NCBI GenBank assembly: GCA_051362555.1
Contig: CM120640.1
Span: 6,386,001 to 6,450,000, forward strand
Direction of reading: 5' to 3'
DNA length: 64,000 nucleotides
DNA from: Lingula anatina
Lineage: Eukaryota; Animalia; Brachiopoda
Shown: positions 20,901 to 34,500 of the stretch, piece by piece
Layout of the letters: every line of letters starts with the position of its first letter
How positions within the stretch are numbered: the stretch's first letter is position 1
Position numbers and translations under genes: made by a program
Notes under the pieces: generated by a model
Told to the model about the DNA's origin: nothing
Seen by the model: the letters and a program-made list of their open reading frames with translations, nothing else
Databases searched by the model: none

Positions 20901-23900
20901 CATACTTGAATCATTGAAGATCAACACCAGAGGTGCCATGGTGGTGCCACATGTCACAGCCTCCTTGTTTGTTTTCAATTACACCACTGAGACAGTGTGA
21001 TACGCGGGGTGTTTACCTTAAGAAAAAGAAAGTGCAAATTAAGATTGGAGGAATAGGGCGGGTCCTAAACACCTTTAAAGCAAGTGATTGCTTCTTGATA
21101 CTGCCCTTTGATCTTACTTAATGGAGCATGAAGGATTAGCGGACGGTGCAGTCTCCAGACTCTGTGTAGCACCAAATGAATGGCCTCTCTCCGAATAGTG
21201 CACCTTGGCTTTTCATCCTCTAACCTTTACAGAATTGTAACACTAAAGATTAGGTGGTTGTTGACCACAACAAGTAGGAGCATAGCCCCAAGCAGCCAGT
21301 TTGTACAAATAATATTGTGCTCATTAATTTGTATACAATAATTATTGAACTCTGTACACACAGTAAACTGATCCAGCAACAATGGAAGGCTGGCTTACTG
21401 GCTACTTAGTGCTCCATGATAGAAGTCAGTGCCCTATGATTTGATATAAGTTGCACTTTTCACAGTGTGGTCACATTGGTGCAACAGTTGGTGGTTGCAG
21501 ACTGTCTTGTGCTTATTAATTGGGTTAATTAAGCATGTGGATGTGTTGCACGGAACATAATTAGATATGCTAATGAGCAAGTTGAAAGGGAATAGAAAAT
21601 GAGGCTGACTGAAAAACAATTAACCTAGTGTTTACTTTGTCTCAGCAAGTTTATAAGGTTTTGTCAAGGCACCTAAGTGAAAGGACAAGAAAAATAACTT
21701 TCTTTTTTCTTAAGATACATAGTTATTGAAAGAATTAAATTAAGGGACTAATGAATTAAAATTGCTATATAGTCTGGTGTTATTTATTATATTTTAATTA
21801 ACTTCTATTAATGGCCAGACACAGTCTTGAGATACAACTGAAACTGTGTTATTTGATAATACAGTAAGTGAATTAAGCACGAAATTCAGATTAATTTACA
21901 TTTATAGGTTCTCTATTCTACAAAAATTCTAGATTTTTATAACATGAAGATAATAACAATAACAATGGGCATTTCAACTTAATTTTCAAGATTTTCAGCA
22001 GACTTTGCAATTAATATTTGTAGCCACTAAAATGGCTCAATCATAACATTGGAGGGTGGAGCAATGAAGGATTTTTTCAAATTAGGCGCTACTAAGCATA
22101 TTAAGCAGCCACAAATTTCCTGAAAATTCATCTTTTGTTTAACCTTTTTGTAAAATTGCATTTACAATTACTGTATCTCTTTCTATCCGATCATATAGTC
22201 CTCATCTTATTTGTTCATTTTTTTCTCCAGCTGTGGTGCCATGGGCCTTGTGGAATATAATGTAGTTTTGTTTCTCTCTCATATGCATGTTCATATATTC
22301 CTTTCTTTAGATTGGACCAAAGATTTATCCAAAAAATGGGCAAAACTTCCAGCATTTGTTGTTGGAGAAGCTACAGCTGCTGCAGGTAAAGATACATTTA
22401 TCATATTTTAACAGCAGTTGAATATTTTTCGGTTTATTTTAATGGACTGTTTAATACATAATTTTGATGCTTTAAACATTATCTTACCAGTAAGAGAGTA
22501 CTTAGCCAATACAGAACTACCTGTGTACTGAGTATGTATTGGCAACATGCCCAACAAGAAAGAACATTCCAAGATTCAATTTTTTGCTTATCTTAGAAAA
22601 ACTGTCTCTCTCCAAAACTTAAAGAGTCAAAGATTTATGTTTAGCTCTGGATGTTTATGACTGTGTGGTTGTATGTTTTATGCCTTATGTAGATGTCTGA
22701 ATTTTATATAGTTGGTTGCGAATGTGTTGTGTGTGGCCATAGATCTACTGCAGAGTTTGGTGCAGGTCACTTGCTTTAATCAGATTTCTACAATTTGTAA
22801 ATGAAGACTTTTCATTAAAATAAATAGGTTGAAGTGTGTTGTATCAGTTTGCTTTCTTGTAGTTGCCAAATAGAAGTATAAACAAGGACAGAGAATATAT
22901 ATTGTTTGAAAAGTAAACAATATATTGTTTCTGCCAGGACCCAAATAAATGGTAAAGAAACCTGTGCGTGCCTTGTTATGATATAATGTATTTCAAGGAA
23001 GTGAAGCGTAAAATCATAAGTGATCTGTTTGTGTTGGGATCATGAAAACAAAATGTTCTAGAGTTTATACACAGAATGTTGACACTAAATAAAAATGAGT
23101 TACGAAAATTAAGGTGTGAAATATAAATGCTGTCAGAAAACCACAAAATTATGATTTAGCCAGCAGTTCATAGGTCAGAGGTGTTCATGAAAAAATTAAA
23201 GAAAAACCTGTCAATGTTTTCAAGCACCTTTCAGAACAATTACAATGAGTTAAACTGTTGATTGTTTTGCTGTGTTTTAAAAAATATCACCTTTAATCTT
23301 GTTTTAGATATTCTACCTATTGGAAAATGCTAGTTTGTTTGTTTGGTTTTAAGTTAAATACAAGGTTTTATCTCAGAATGTCATTGTGGTCACTTCTTCT
23401 TTGTTGAGTATTTAATGCAAGTCAGAAAAGAATAAAGTGTGAGATAAGTGAAAAACCAAATACAAATTAAAGAACCCACTTTGTATTTAAAATAAAATTT
23501 GATCCACAGAGTATAAGATAGCATTGTCTGTATGTTACAAACCATTTCCCATCAGACTACAGGACTAGATGGAACGGTAAGTTGTTTGTAGTTTTTACTA
23601 TGCAACTTGATGCTGGTATGCGTAAATCTGAAGGAAACTTGTTAGAAATTTAACCAGATGAATATTGTTGAATAATGTGGTTATTGACAAACCCCTGTGG
23701 ACATGAATGTAAGATGACCCCTAACTACAACAAGGTTAATGATTCCTGTTTGTTTTTTTCCACAAGTGGATTACCTCAGTGTTTGTAGTTCTTTCACAAA
23801 TGATGGAAAATGATCTAGAATTTGAAACTAGCAATTATAGAACATAGAAAGAATGAACTCGGTAGATTCTTTTCACTTTTTTTGAGGTACTGCCACAACA

Positions 23901-26900
23901 ATTTCACCTCTGTCTTGTTTGTCTTGAGGGTAAGGGAAGTGCATATAGTCAAGACCATTTTCCTCATTCAGTCCTGTTTACTAAGCCTTGATTCACTCAA
24001 GATTTTGATTGCCCTCAATGGACAGATGGGAGATAAAACTGACATAAAGTTGCCAAAGACGCCCCTCCAGATTGGGGTCTAACAATGTTAAGATGAAGTC
24101 AGTGGACAGACACCATCAGTACCATGAATGACACCACTGCTGTCAAACAGAGTGGCATCTTTACTGGCAGCAAACTGCATTCATCCTGAATAACAGACCA
24201 AGCCCTAACTCCTGTTATTATCTGAAATTTGAGAGGTGGAAATTTGAGTTTAGCCGATTAATAGTGGATTTTTAGTTTGATCTGTGGGGTAAAGGGGGAG
24301 GATGGATCTTGAAAGCTTTTACGTGTACCTATCACCCTGAACTTACGCAATCATGCCTGTTTTTGCCTTTGGGTCTCATTTCATGAAAGATGACAGAGAC
24401 ATGAAGATTAGATTATCATGATAAGGTGTATACCATTTATTTTGGGGGATGATGGCCTCTTGGTTATGTTACACCTGCATGATGCTTGGGCATTTGTCCA
24501 TAAGAATATGTAGTATGATACTAGTATCATAAATATTTTGATGTCAGGTACTTCTGATTTTAAGGGGGAATTCATTACCTTGTACATTTTTTTGAAACAG
24601 ACTTGTTCAGTATTTACTTGAGTTATTAATTTGAGCATTGATTTGTTCTGAGAACATAACATGGGATATTGTGATTGAGTATTGAGAAGTGTCTAGAGTA
24701 AAAGAACTTTGATTGTAAAAATGTTTTGTTAAAACTTCTGAACATTTCACACTTTTTTGGTGTGGTTTAAACAGTTTAGAGAAGAATTTAATCAGCAAAA
24801 ACTTTTGATTGTAAAAGTTTTTTGTTAAAACTTCTGAACATCTCACACTTTTTTGGTGTGGCTTAAACAGTTCAGAGAAGAATTTAATCTGCTGTGTTGT
24901 TATAAGAATAAAATAGTAATTTTTTCTTCAATCAACAGCTAATATTGAAATTATCACCTGAATAATAATCTTTGATAAAGATGATACAGATAGACATTGA
25001 AATATTGGAGGTAAACAATTTCAATATTCATAGTATATCGAAGAAAAAAGTCTGTTTCTAAAGAGACTTATCATGTTTTTACCTATGAGGCTTGCGTGTT
25101 GTCTCTTTAAAAAGATTAGCTTTTTTATCATTTTAAGATAGAGACCTATTTCACTGAAAATTACTGCTGTCCTACCTTCCCAAAATATTGTCACTTTTCT
25201 TAGGTGTGACCTTTTAACCTTCAGTATTTGATTACAGATATTTATCATGATATAACTGCTAAGGTTCTGTTCTCCGCCTTGCCCTTGCCACCCATCCTAT
25301 TCAGCATTAGCAGGCAGTACACTGCCACCTCATGGAGACTTCCCAAGTTGTGAACTTGATTGTGCCAAAATGAGACTATAAAACAAACTAAAATATTTGA
25401 TTAATCACAAAAATTAAAAGAAAATGTTTTCCCTTTCTAGCTGATTAGCTGTGATTATTGTAGAAAACATTTTCAATCAAGCTCTGACTTAATGTGAGGT
25501 TCTGAAGCCAATGTGTTGTGTATACCATGGACTGAGTCGATGTTCACTCAAGCATATAATTAGCACAGAATGGTTCCTTGTCCAACGTGATGAGGGCTCT
25601 CATTTCTACTGAGGATGTATGAGGTGACTGAACATGGTGAAAAGTATTAATGCTATAAAAAATTAATCACCCTCCAATGATGTATTTGTGTCATTTTCAG
25701 CTGCATGCCTGTCATTTACTACCATAGGAGAAAACACAGGAAGTGCAGAGAGCCTGGTTCCCATCATTAGAGAAGGTGAGTTGTTTTTTTTTTTAACTTA
25801 ATCTCCTTTAGATCTAGAATGTCATTATCTTATCAGCTGTCACGGTTATGTAAGCCATTTTATTTTAAACAGCAATAAGATACTGTCTTGCCTTTTTTTT
25901 CTAATTTTGCAAGTTCATAAAAAAGTTAGACCTAGACAAAGTTAAAAAGGCATTGTTAGCATACAAAGTATACAAGAGACATATTTCACTCTGAGCAGTC
26001 TTTCAGAATATTTTTGTCACACTATTTTATGCTTCATTTTCCTGAATAAAGATAAGTGTAAGCAAATGAAACTTTTATGAAATAAGATGCCTACTTAAAG
26101 CATTAAATAGATTTAAGCTCTTGAGTATATTTTCATAATCAGTTACCTCTGCATGTCCCAGATTAATCAACAGTTGATCTCATTTAATGTAGAAAAAAAA
26201 ATTGCATGAATAATGCATTAGACTTCTGAAGTAATTATTAGCAATAATTTTTCCTAACCACAAACATGCTTACATGCTTGTGGCCAGGAGTTCCAATGGC
26301 AGCTGCTTGGCAAGCTGGAGGTTCTACAATATCCCTGTAATTATGAAGAGAACATAAATGCTTTCACTTAGCCTAGCTTAAGTTATCACATAAAATGATG
26401 TTGACTGCCCTGAGGTGAAATATGCAAAAAAATTTCGGAGACTAGAATTTTCATATGTTGACTGTCTCAGTTTTGAAAAAGGGAACGAAGGTAAAATTAT
26501 GTGTTGGTCTATTGCTAGTGGTATACCAGGACTCAATGTATGTACAGTATGCAGTTACTGAGTTCAGCAACAATAGAAAAATAGACTTTTTTTACTATGA
26601 CAGGTGAAAAAATTGATAAAACAAAATATCCATTAAAAATTGCAGTTAAAATGATAGACTAAGATAGCAAAATCAAGTGTAAATTTCATTTAATTGCAAA
26701 AGTATAATGGTATTTGGGAAAATATTGAGCGTATACAAGCTTTTGATAAAGGCAATTTCATTTGAAAAAAAAGTTGTATAAAATTCATATTTTATAAAGA
26801 TTTGGGTTATTAGAAAATCTTGAAAGGCAATATACTGAATTATAAATTGATCTTGAGAAGATCTCAAATTGAAACTGTACTGCTGAATTAAGAAGAAACC

Positions 26901-29900
26901 TCACTGTTAATTGGATTTGAGTAATCTTTCTCAGAGATTATTACAATGTAGTCAGGAGTTAATGCCAACATAATTTGAAATAATGATAGGATGTGGTGAC
27001 CAAAATAATCATCCCTAGATGAAGTTGTGAGCAATTTTCAATAATTATTTACTTGACATATGCCAGTGTAGATACTATTTGACATAACTTAAGCTGTACA
27101 AGTATGAGTACTATAATGTGAGAGTGCTGAAGGACTAGCATCATGACAGTTTGAGCAAGTGTGACTCTTTTTCTAAAAGTTAACACTTATGTTGTACTTT
27201 TTCTAGAAAGTAAACACTTATGTTGTACTTTTTCTAGAAATTTTAAGTTTTCCAATGTTGATACAACACTGAAAACCTGTAACATGAAAGTGTTTTCCAT
27301 TTTAAATCATTGATGATTATAATTGATAATTAATTAAAAGTAAACAAACTTATTGATTTCAAGTGGAAATTAAGAAATTATAATTTTTTTAGATATTTCT
27401 GTTTTGAAAAACACATTACTTATTTATATTTTGAAATTAGAAATAGCTGGATTAATCCTTAAGCACGAGTGACCCTCTTAATTGCATGACATTGGTCATG
27501 CTCCCAATTTGATCCAATCAGTAATATTGATTACTTATGTTCTGTGGGAGAAATTAAGAAATTAAAAATTCAGCACTTTCAATAGAAGGCCCATTCTAAT
27601 TGCATCAACACTGCTAGAGTAGCTAGGAACAACAGGGGCATGTTATTTGGAAATGAAGCATGTATTGGCTTTCTTTAAAATCTTAATGATTTTTGCAATC
27701 AACAAGTGCGTCAAGGTATTTTTGAAGGTATGAGACAATTAGCTTCTGTAATGGGAAGTTAAAAGAAGTTACATTTAATAAAGAGCCACTCAACTTAATT
27801 AACTCTAGCCCATTTTCCTGACTATATTGTGCATACATGTGCTCTGTTATTTCAGTGAAATAAAGGGGTGGGGCAACAGAAGATAGGTTTAGGCATTTGT
27901 TTGATAACGTATTGGAAAACTGTTCCTTTTAATGAAGCTTGTTTAAAAAGTCCTCACTCAATTTTGGTCAACACATTCCTGTTTAGGCAGCTGATCAGTT
28001 ACACAGGCTTCTGGTTAAGGTAAGAATTATATAAACATATACATGGAGATATGTTATTTATTTATTTATTTATTGTAGTTTATGATCTGTTTAATTAAGT
28101 TAGCTGCTGGAAAACTATTGTGATTTCAGTCTGTGATGTGAAGGAAAAATTATTGGACTCCAGAACAGAGATAACATTTGTTCTTGGAAAAGCTACAGAG
28201 TAAGTCTGATAGAAAGGCATGGCCACATTCAGACTGCCTTAATCTTTGATAAAACAGTGTTCATGTTACACATCAGTAGTATTTTACATTTAAAGATTGC
28301 AACTTATGTTGCAATATTCCTAGATCACCCTTTTCACAAAGGCATTGTGTTTCAAACGTAGCATGAAGAAAGCCACTTTTTCATCTAAGTTTCTGATTAT
28401 TTAAAGTTGTGTAGAGTATGCTTACTTGCTTTCAATATTACCTTGTTAAGTATTGTTTTTTTTTTTTTTTTTTTTTTTGTCATCATGTAGATGTTTCTTT
28501 TAAAAATGTAACATTATTAAGGGATAAGTATAAATTGCTGAGGAAAAATCTGATGAAAAAGGATTTCTACTTGAGTCATTTTCCTTTCTGATGACAAATC
28601 AAATTGATACATGTTGCCTCTAAATGTTTATCATGTATTCAACATGTTTAATGTTTATGAAGCAGTGACTAGTTCTTTTGTGGCACATGTCAACAAATAA
28701 ACCTTAGATCAAAGTGGTTATTATTGTGTAATTACAGCAGGACAGAGCAGAATTGATACCTGATGTTATTTTTGGAAAGATCTCTGTTGCTTTTGATAAG
28801 TTGAACAGTGAAAACTTTGTATTTAATATTATGTGGTTAAAATTAGACAAATTTGAAATAGAAATGAAAATTATTATTTTGAACAATTCACAGTTAATAT
28901 GTTAAACTCAGATACGTCAGAGTATTAGACGTTTATTGCATTTTTCAGCCACCTGGTCAACATTTAGATGATATGCTAAACACTGTAGTAAACAGGTTTA
29001 ACTGTTACATCCATTACAATAAACTGATATATATATAAGTTTAAATGTTTTTGATGAATAACATCATCAGGCAACTTTTGGTGCTTTGAAGGTAAATGTT
29101 TAGATAAGTACAATGCATTTGTTTACAAACATCACTATTGAAAATTGCTATCAATGCATTCAGCAATTTTATAATCACTTCAAAATGTGTTTGTTGTTTG
29201 TGAAATCAAAGTTACCTGTGGTAATTCAGGTAAAAGAGAGCATGCATAGGTGCAAACAGGAAACATTCTCCTTGATTGTATTTCAATTTCAGGTGGAAAA
29301 TGACCTGGTCTTTCAGTAACAACCTTGTGATCTTTCCTGTGTCTGTTTTACGCCCTATTTGTCACAAACTGAGTGGCTTTAAGCCAGTGTCAAACTCAAT
29401 CGGCCCAAGTCCATGATATGTTTGAGGATCAACGTATCAATTTCTCCCACCTTGTAGTTTTACCTGCAAATCAGCACATGTAAGCTTTTATCTAAATAAT
29501 AGATTGAATTACAATTTTACTTGATTTTCCCCAATTTCCGCGCATAAAGTTGTTTTGGTAGGCAATGTTTGGCATATATTTGCATTTTGTGTTGAGATAA
29601 AGGCTACAGACCCAACAGAATAAAGATTCAGACTAAATCTATTCAGCAGTTGTCACTGACTTTTATTTTGGACTTTTCAGCTGTGAAAAAAGGAGACAGG
29701 ACACTGTTATTTCCTTGTGGCAACCTTCGCAGAGAAACTCTTCCTCAGAAGTTGGCAGATGAAGGTGAGGTGACCACTGTTTCTGTTTCTTTTTTGATTT
29801 TTTAACAATAGTCAAAAGTAATTTTTATGGTTTCAGCAGGTACAAAATTGTAAATGAGAAGAAGATTAGCAGTGATACCCATTTCAACTGAAGTTTTCAC

Positions 29901-31545
29901 ATCAAATTTTGAGTTGAAATCCATCTTATATCTTTATGGTAGGGCATGCACACCTGTCAAAGCATAACTTTTCATCTTGGAAATAAATGAGGTTGTCTTT
30001 GTAGAGTTATTTTTGCAAAATATCATTTCATGGTCATGATCATAAATGAGAGAAAACCCTTATCTGTATCAAGTCAGAGTAACTTGGTCCTCTTTTATGG
30101 CTTCCATCTTTGAAAGTAGTCATTTGTCCATGAAAGATGCTATCAGTGGATTTTCAATAATTTGCATGAAATTCACAAATAGAACAGGAAATATTTTTGA
30201 ATACTGAGTTACTATGATGAACTGAAAAACATTTCTTTTGTTCAGAGTGGCAAGAGTGCAGGTAGTTGTATTTGTAGTCCACAATTATCATGGGCAAGCT
30301 TGATATCAGTAATTTGTACTTAAACAGCATGTATATCCAGAATTGATCGGGTAAATTGTGTGGAGGGTGCAGTTTGTGTCTTACTGATTTGGTGCCCCTT
30401 ACTTCAGCATATTGAGCTCAGACTGGGGAGTTAATTAAAGAATTTTATTTGTAGACATCTCGGATCCATCAATACCCAGACCTAATTAGGAAAGTTAATT
30501 TAGTACCAGAACTATCAAAATTGTATTTTTTTCATATTGATTGACAAATAAGATGTTTGTAAATTGTCTTCTTGTTTTGTTTGGTTAATTAAGAACTGGT
30601 CTTTGATGATTAAGTTTTAGCCGATAGGCTCTTGCATAATTAAGGGTGTCCATAATTTGTAGGGAAAAAGGCCGACCTCTGAGACATTGTCATGGCCCAT
30701 TGAGGCATTGACCAGTGGCACATACATGCATCAGCTCCCGTATAGAATAATCCATATATCAAAATATTGAAACAATTGATCAGGGTGAATGCTGATCCTA
30801 AGGTAATGAATAAGACTCAGCAATGTCCACTGTGTAGTTGTATGTACTCCTAAAAAGACATTTTAGCATTAAGGATCTATAAAAAAGAAAATTCTTAAAC
30901 ATACTATACATACTATGGCATGTTTACTGTCATATATCCAGTGCAGTGTAAATTGTGTGATAAAAGCACATCTAACACATTCTGATGTGGCTGCTGTGAT
31001 CTCAGCCTGACAGTGTGTGGTACACATTAGCAGATATGATACAAGACAAAATAATAAATCACTGTTCTTAAATGAAACAATGAGCTATTGTTTATTATTA
31101 ACAATATGTCTGTTTTACTCAACTGATTTTTTTACATTGACACCATTTATACCAGATATGACTTAAAAACAGATTCATCTGTATAAATTATGATTTGCTA
31201 AAATTGATTTTTTTTCTCGACAAGAGCCTGCTATAAAAACAGCTTATCCACCAGGAGTTGTTTTGGTTTTATGATTTCCTGTATGGCTTCCGCTTGGAAA
31301 AAAATGTTTTCATTAATAGGGATAGTGTTTGTGTGTGCATCTTGTTGTGCCTCACTCTAGCTCAGTCTTTTAATTATCTCAAAGTTGGCTAGAGAGGAGA
31401 CTGCTACCAACTGAAACCAATGTGCATATACAGACTACTATTATAATAACAGCTGAGATGTTTCCAAGACAATTTACTATAATAAATGTTGACAAACTGG
31501 TTTGTGTCTCTTTCCCAACACACATACACACGTACGTACGTACGT

Positions 31546-31577
<32 letters not shown>

Positions 31578-34500
31578 ACACACACACATACTGAGAAAGA
31601 GAGAGAGAGAGAGAGAAAGAGAGATGAGGAAATAATTAAAACTTGGTTCCGTAACCTGTATCATTTATCAACTGAATTTCATTCAGTCACGTCTTTTAAG
31701 CACAATTTTAAGGTTTCTGAGTTTATGTCAAATTGGTTGCGTGTAAATTTACATAAAATCTAGCACTAACTCTGATGGATTTTCAAGAAATGCCCCTTAT
31801 GCAAGAAAGATCAGTTTGTACAAGGTGAACTCCCTCTTTATCAAACACTGAGCCTGTTATTTGAGAGCAGTGGAAAAAAAGTGAAGTAAAGCAAAGAACA
31901 ATTGGTGTTGATATTTGTGCTTGCATCAACAGGAAGGTGTTTGAGAAGTTTAGTGCCCAAAGATAGGATTGCCGGCTTAACGGAGATCAGAAAACTGACA
32001 AATCACAGCCCGAGGCCCATGACTACTGATTTGTTGACTTAATGAAACATTTAGTAGGGATAAGAAACAAACCACCCAGTGCAAAGTTAACGGACATGTA
32101 ATTAGTTTTATGAAATGCACTGTAATTACTGTTGACTTATAGCTTTTCATTCTTTATTAGTTACATTACTCTAATGGATCTCAATTATTTTTTACAAAAG
32201 AAGGTGAAGAGAGTAAAGTGAATTTTTGGCAATTTAGAATGGGTCATAATTGAATCTATTATTGTGATTCATTGAATATTCCATCTTAATATTGAGTCCA
32301 TTTAAGAGGTCCAATAATTCACTTGTAATGCATGAAAACTATTTTTATTGAGCTCATAAAACTGTTCACACAAAAGCAGCTTAATTAATGTCATCTTATC
32401 AAAAACTTGATCTGACCAACTGCATTACTCCCAAAATTTTTTTTAAAGCCAAAAATTAAATCTTGGACAATTTTATATTCAAAAGTTATTTCACTCACTT
32501 ATACTCTCATTGTAGTAAGCAAGAAAGCGAAATGAGGATCACATAATATCAGCCACCCCTGGCCCTGGCTATAGATTCTTCTCAACTCCACCTCATTAGG
32601 CATGGTAGAGTAGATGATTAACTGAATCAGCTTCTGTCACACTTCCTCTCCTCATCAATAATATTGGAATTATGAAGAATTGGTGTCTGTTTACATTTCA
32701 TTTCAGGGCCCTACAATGTCATGCTCTCTATTAGCCAGTCTATTTAGTCTACTATTTATTTTTGTTCAGCAAGGTGGAAAAAAAGGACTAGTTGCTCAAA
32801 TAGGTCAGTCACACCACTTCTGCTTCAACAGATTAACACAACTTAATTTGTGATGATAGCCAATTAGTGTGACTGTTTAAAAGCGGAAACTGATGTTTAG
32901 ATTTTTCATTCATAACTTTGCTGCCGTGTCATTGATACCAGCTTTGACCAAACAAAATTGCATTTTGGTAAGTCACATTTTTATTTTCAATTTTACCAGC
33001 AATTTTAAGATTTCAAACATGATTAGTTAAATATGATTGGTGTATTCCATCTTTACACATATATATTTTTGATTTTTTACAAAACAGAGATAACAAGTGG
33101 TGTTTGTGAAATCTTTTGCTAATAGATAATTAGAAATAAGAGAGAAAGCCAATGATGAAGAATAGTGAATAGGAAAGCCAAAAAACTGTTTGCTCAAGGT
33201 TAAAGAAACAACATGAATTGAGGTTGGAGTGTTGGCAAAATGATTTAAAGAGCTGTACAACATGGACTCCGTGTTTGCAAAAGTCTAGTAAACACCCCAA
33301 GGCTTGGGTTGAGGTCCTTATGGTTTGACAACGGAAATGAAATTTTATCTTGAGGATTGGATGGCGAAAGTTTGCCTTGCAACCAGAACATTAAAAGTTA
33401 TTCACAGTGAATAAAAGTGTCATGTAGGGGTGGAGGGTGTTGGTAGGGGGAGGGGTGGAGGTCATTGATCTTTTCAACTGATGCTAAAATTTTCTTATAG
33501 TGCTCAGGGTGATCAAGCACTGATAGGATTATATCATATGGAAGTGTTCAAAGATTTTTGTAGTCAATACTGATCTGTAGAAAATGGAAGTAAATCTTGA
33601 TCTTAGCAGGATCTGAGGGTTTGTGCAGCAGGTGGACATAAAAATGGGCAAAAATGTAGTCTCTGCTCTGCCTGGATAACAGAGGGGGGCAGATAAGGGC
33701 TGATCCCTGGGTGCACACCTCTCACTCATGACACAGGGACAGGAGAGGGGGCTATCTTGTAAGTGATGATTTAAATGTAGTTTTTATTTGCCGTCTTTCT
33801 GTTTGCTGGCTTTTTTTTTCATATTTTGAGCACCATTTTCCAAGGAAAGAATTTGAAAGACTTTTTTCATTAATTAGTTAGGGTAGGGATGGACTCCTTC
33901 ATGTTATCTAAACTTATTTTTGATAGATTATTATGCAAAAATAGTTGATCCACTTATTAAAATTAAAGGAGATTCTAGTGTTAAGGGTTTTAGCTTTAAA
34001 TAAATTGAGAAAAGAGATTAAGGCTTCACTGTAGCATGAATACAAAATAGGTAAGAAAAGAAAAAAATAATACACCTGATTTATTTACACCCATAGATGG
34101 CGAACTTAAGGTTCTTCCTCAGCAGAGCATGCAGACATATGCAGCAGGCACATGCATGATTTGTTAATCCTGATTATTATAGGTATTAGTATCAGTTACT
34201 CAACATGCCGCAACTCCAGACATTCACTGGTTAAATATTCATTAAATAAACACTATCTGATATCTAATTCACTTTTCTTGTTATTTTACTGGAATACACT
34301 TACAAGAATCGAAGTTTCATGAGGCAAAAAATCTTTTTCTCCTTTTTTGGATCACAGAGATGCCGCATAGGTTAAAGATCAGGTAAAAATTACTGGTTTT
34401 TTACACTTCTCAAAATGAAACCTAATGATGCTTACGCAATTACTCAATAAATAGCAGAAAATAGTCTTGATATCTGAAGGTTAACTATGCAGGTGCATGC

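Noticed and set aside
20108-25209. T-box half sites AGGTGTGA at 20108, 23112 and 25202 (also 60971)
   Set aside because: A few 8-mer hits in more than 40 kb of TG-enriched DNA are not clearly above chance.
31379-31763. ORFs of 68-113 aa with CV/TH/ER repeats, and the PSHPH ORF at 52060-52383
   Set aside because: Translations of microsatellite and G-rich repeat sequence.
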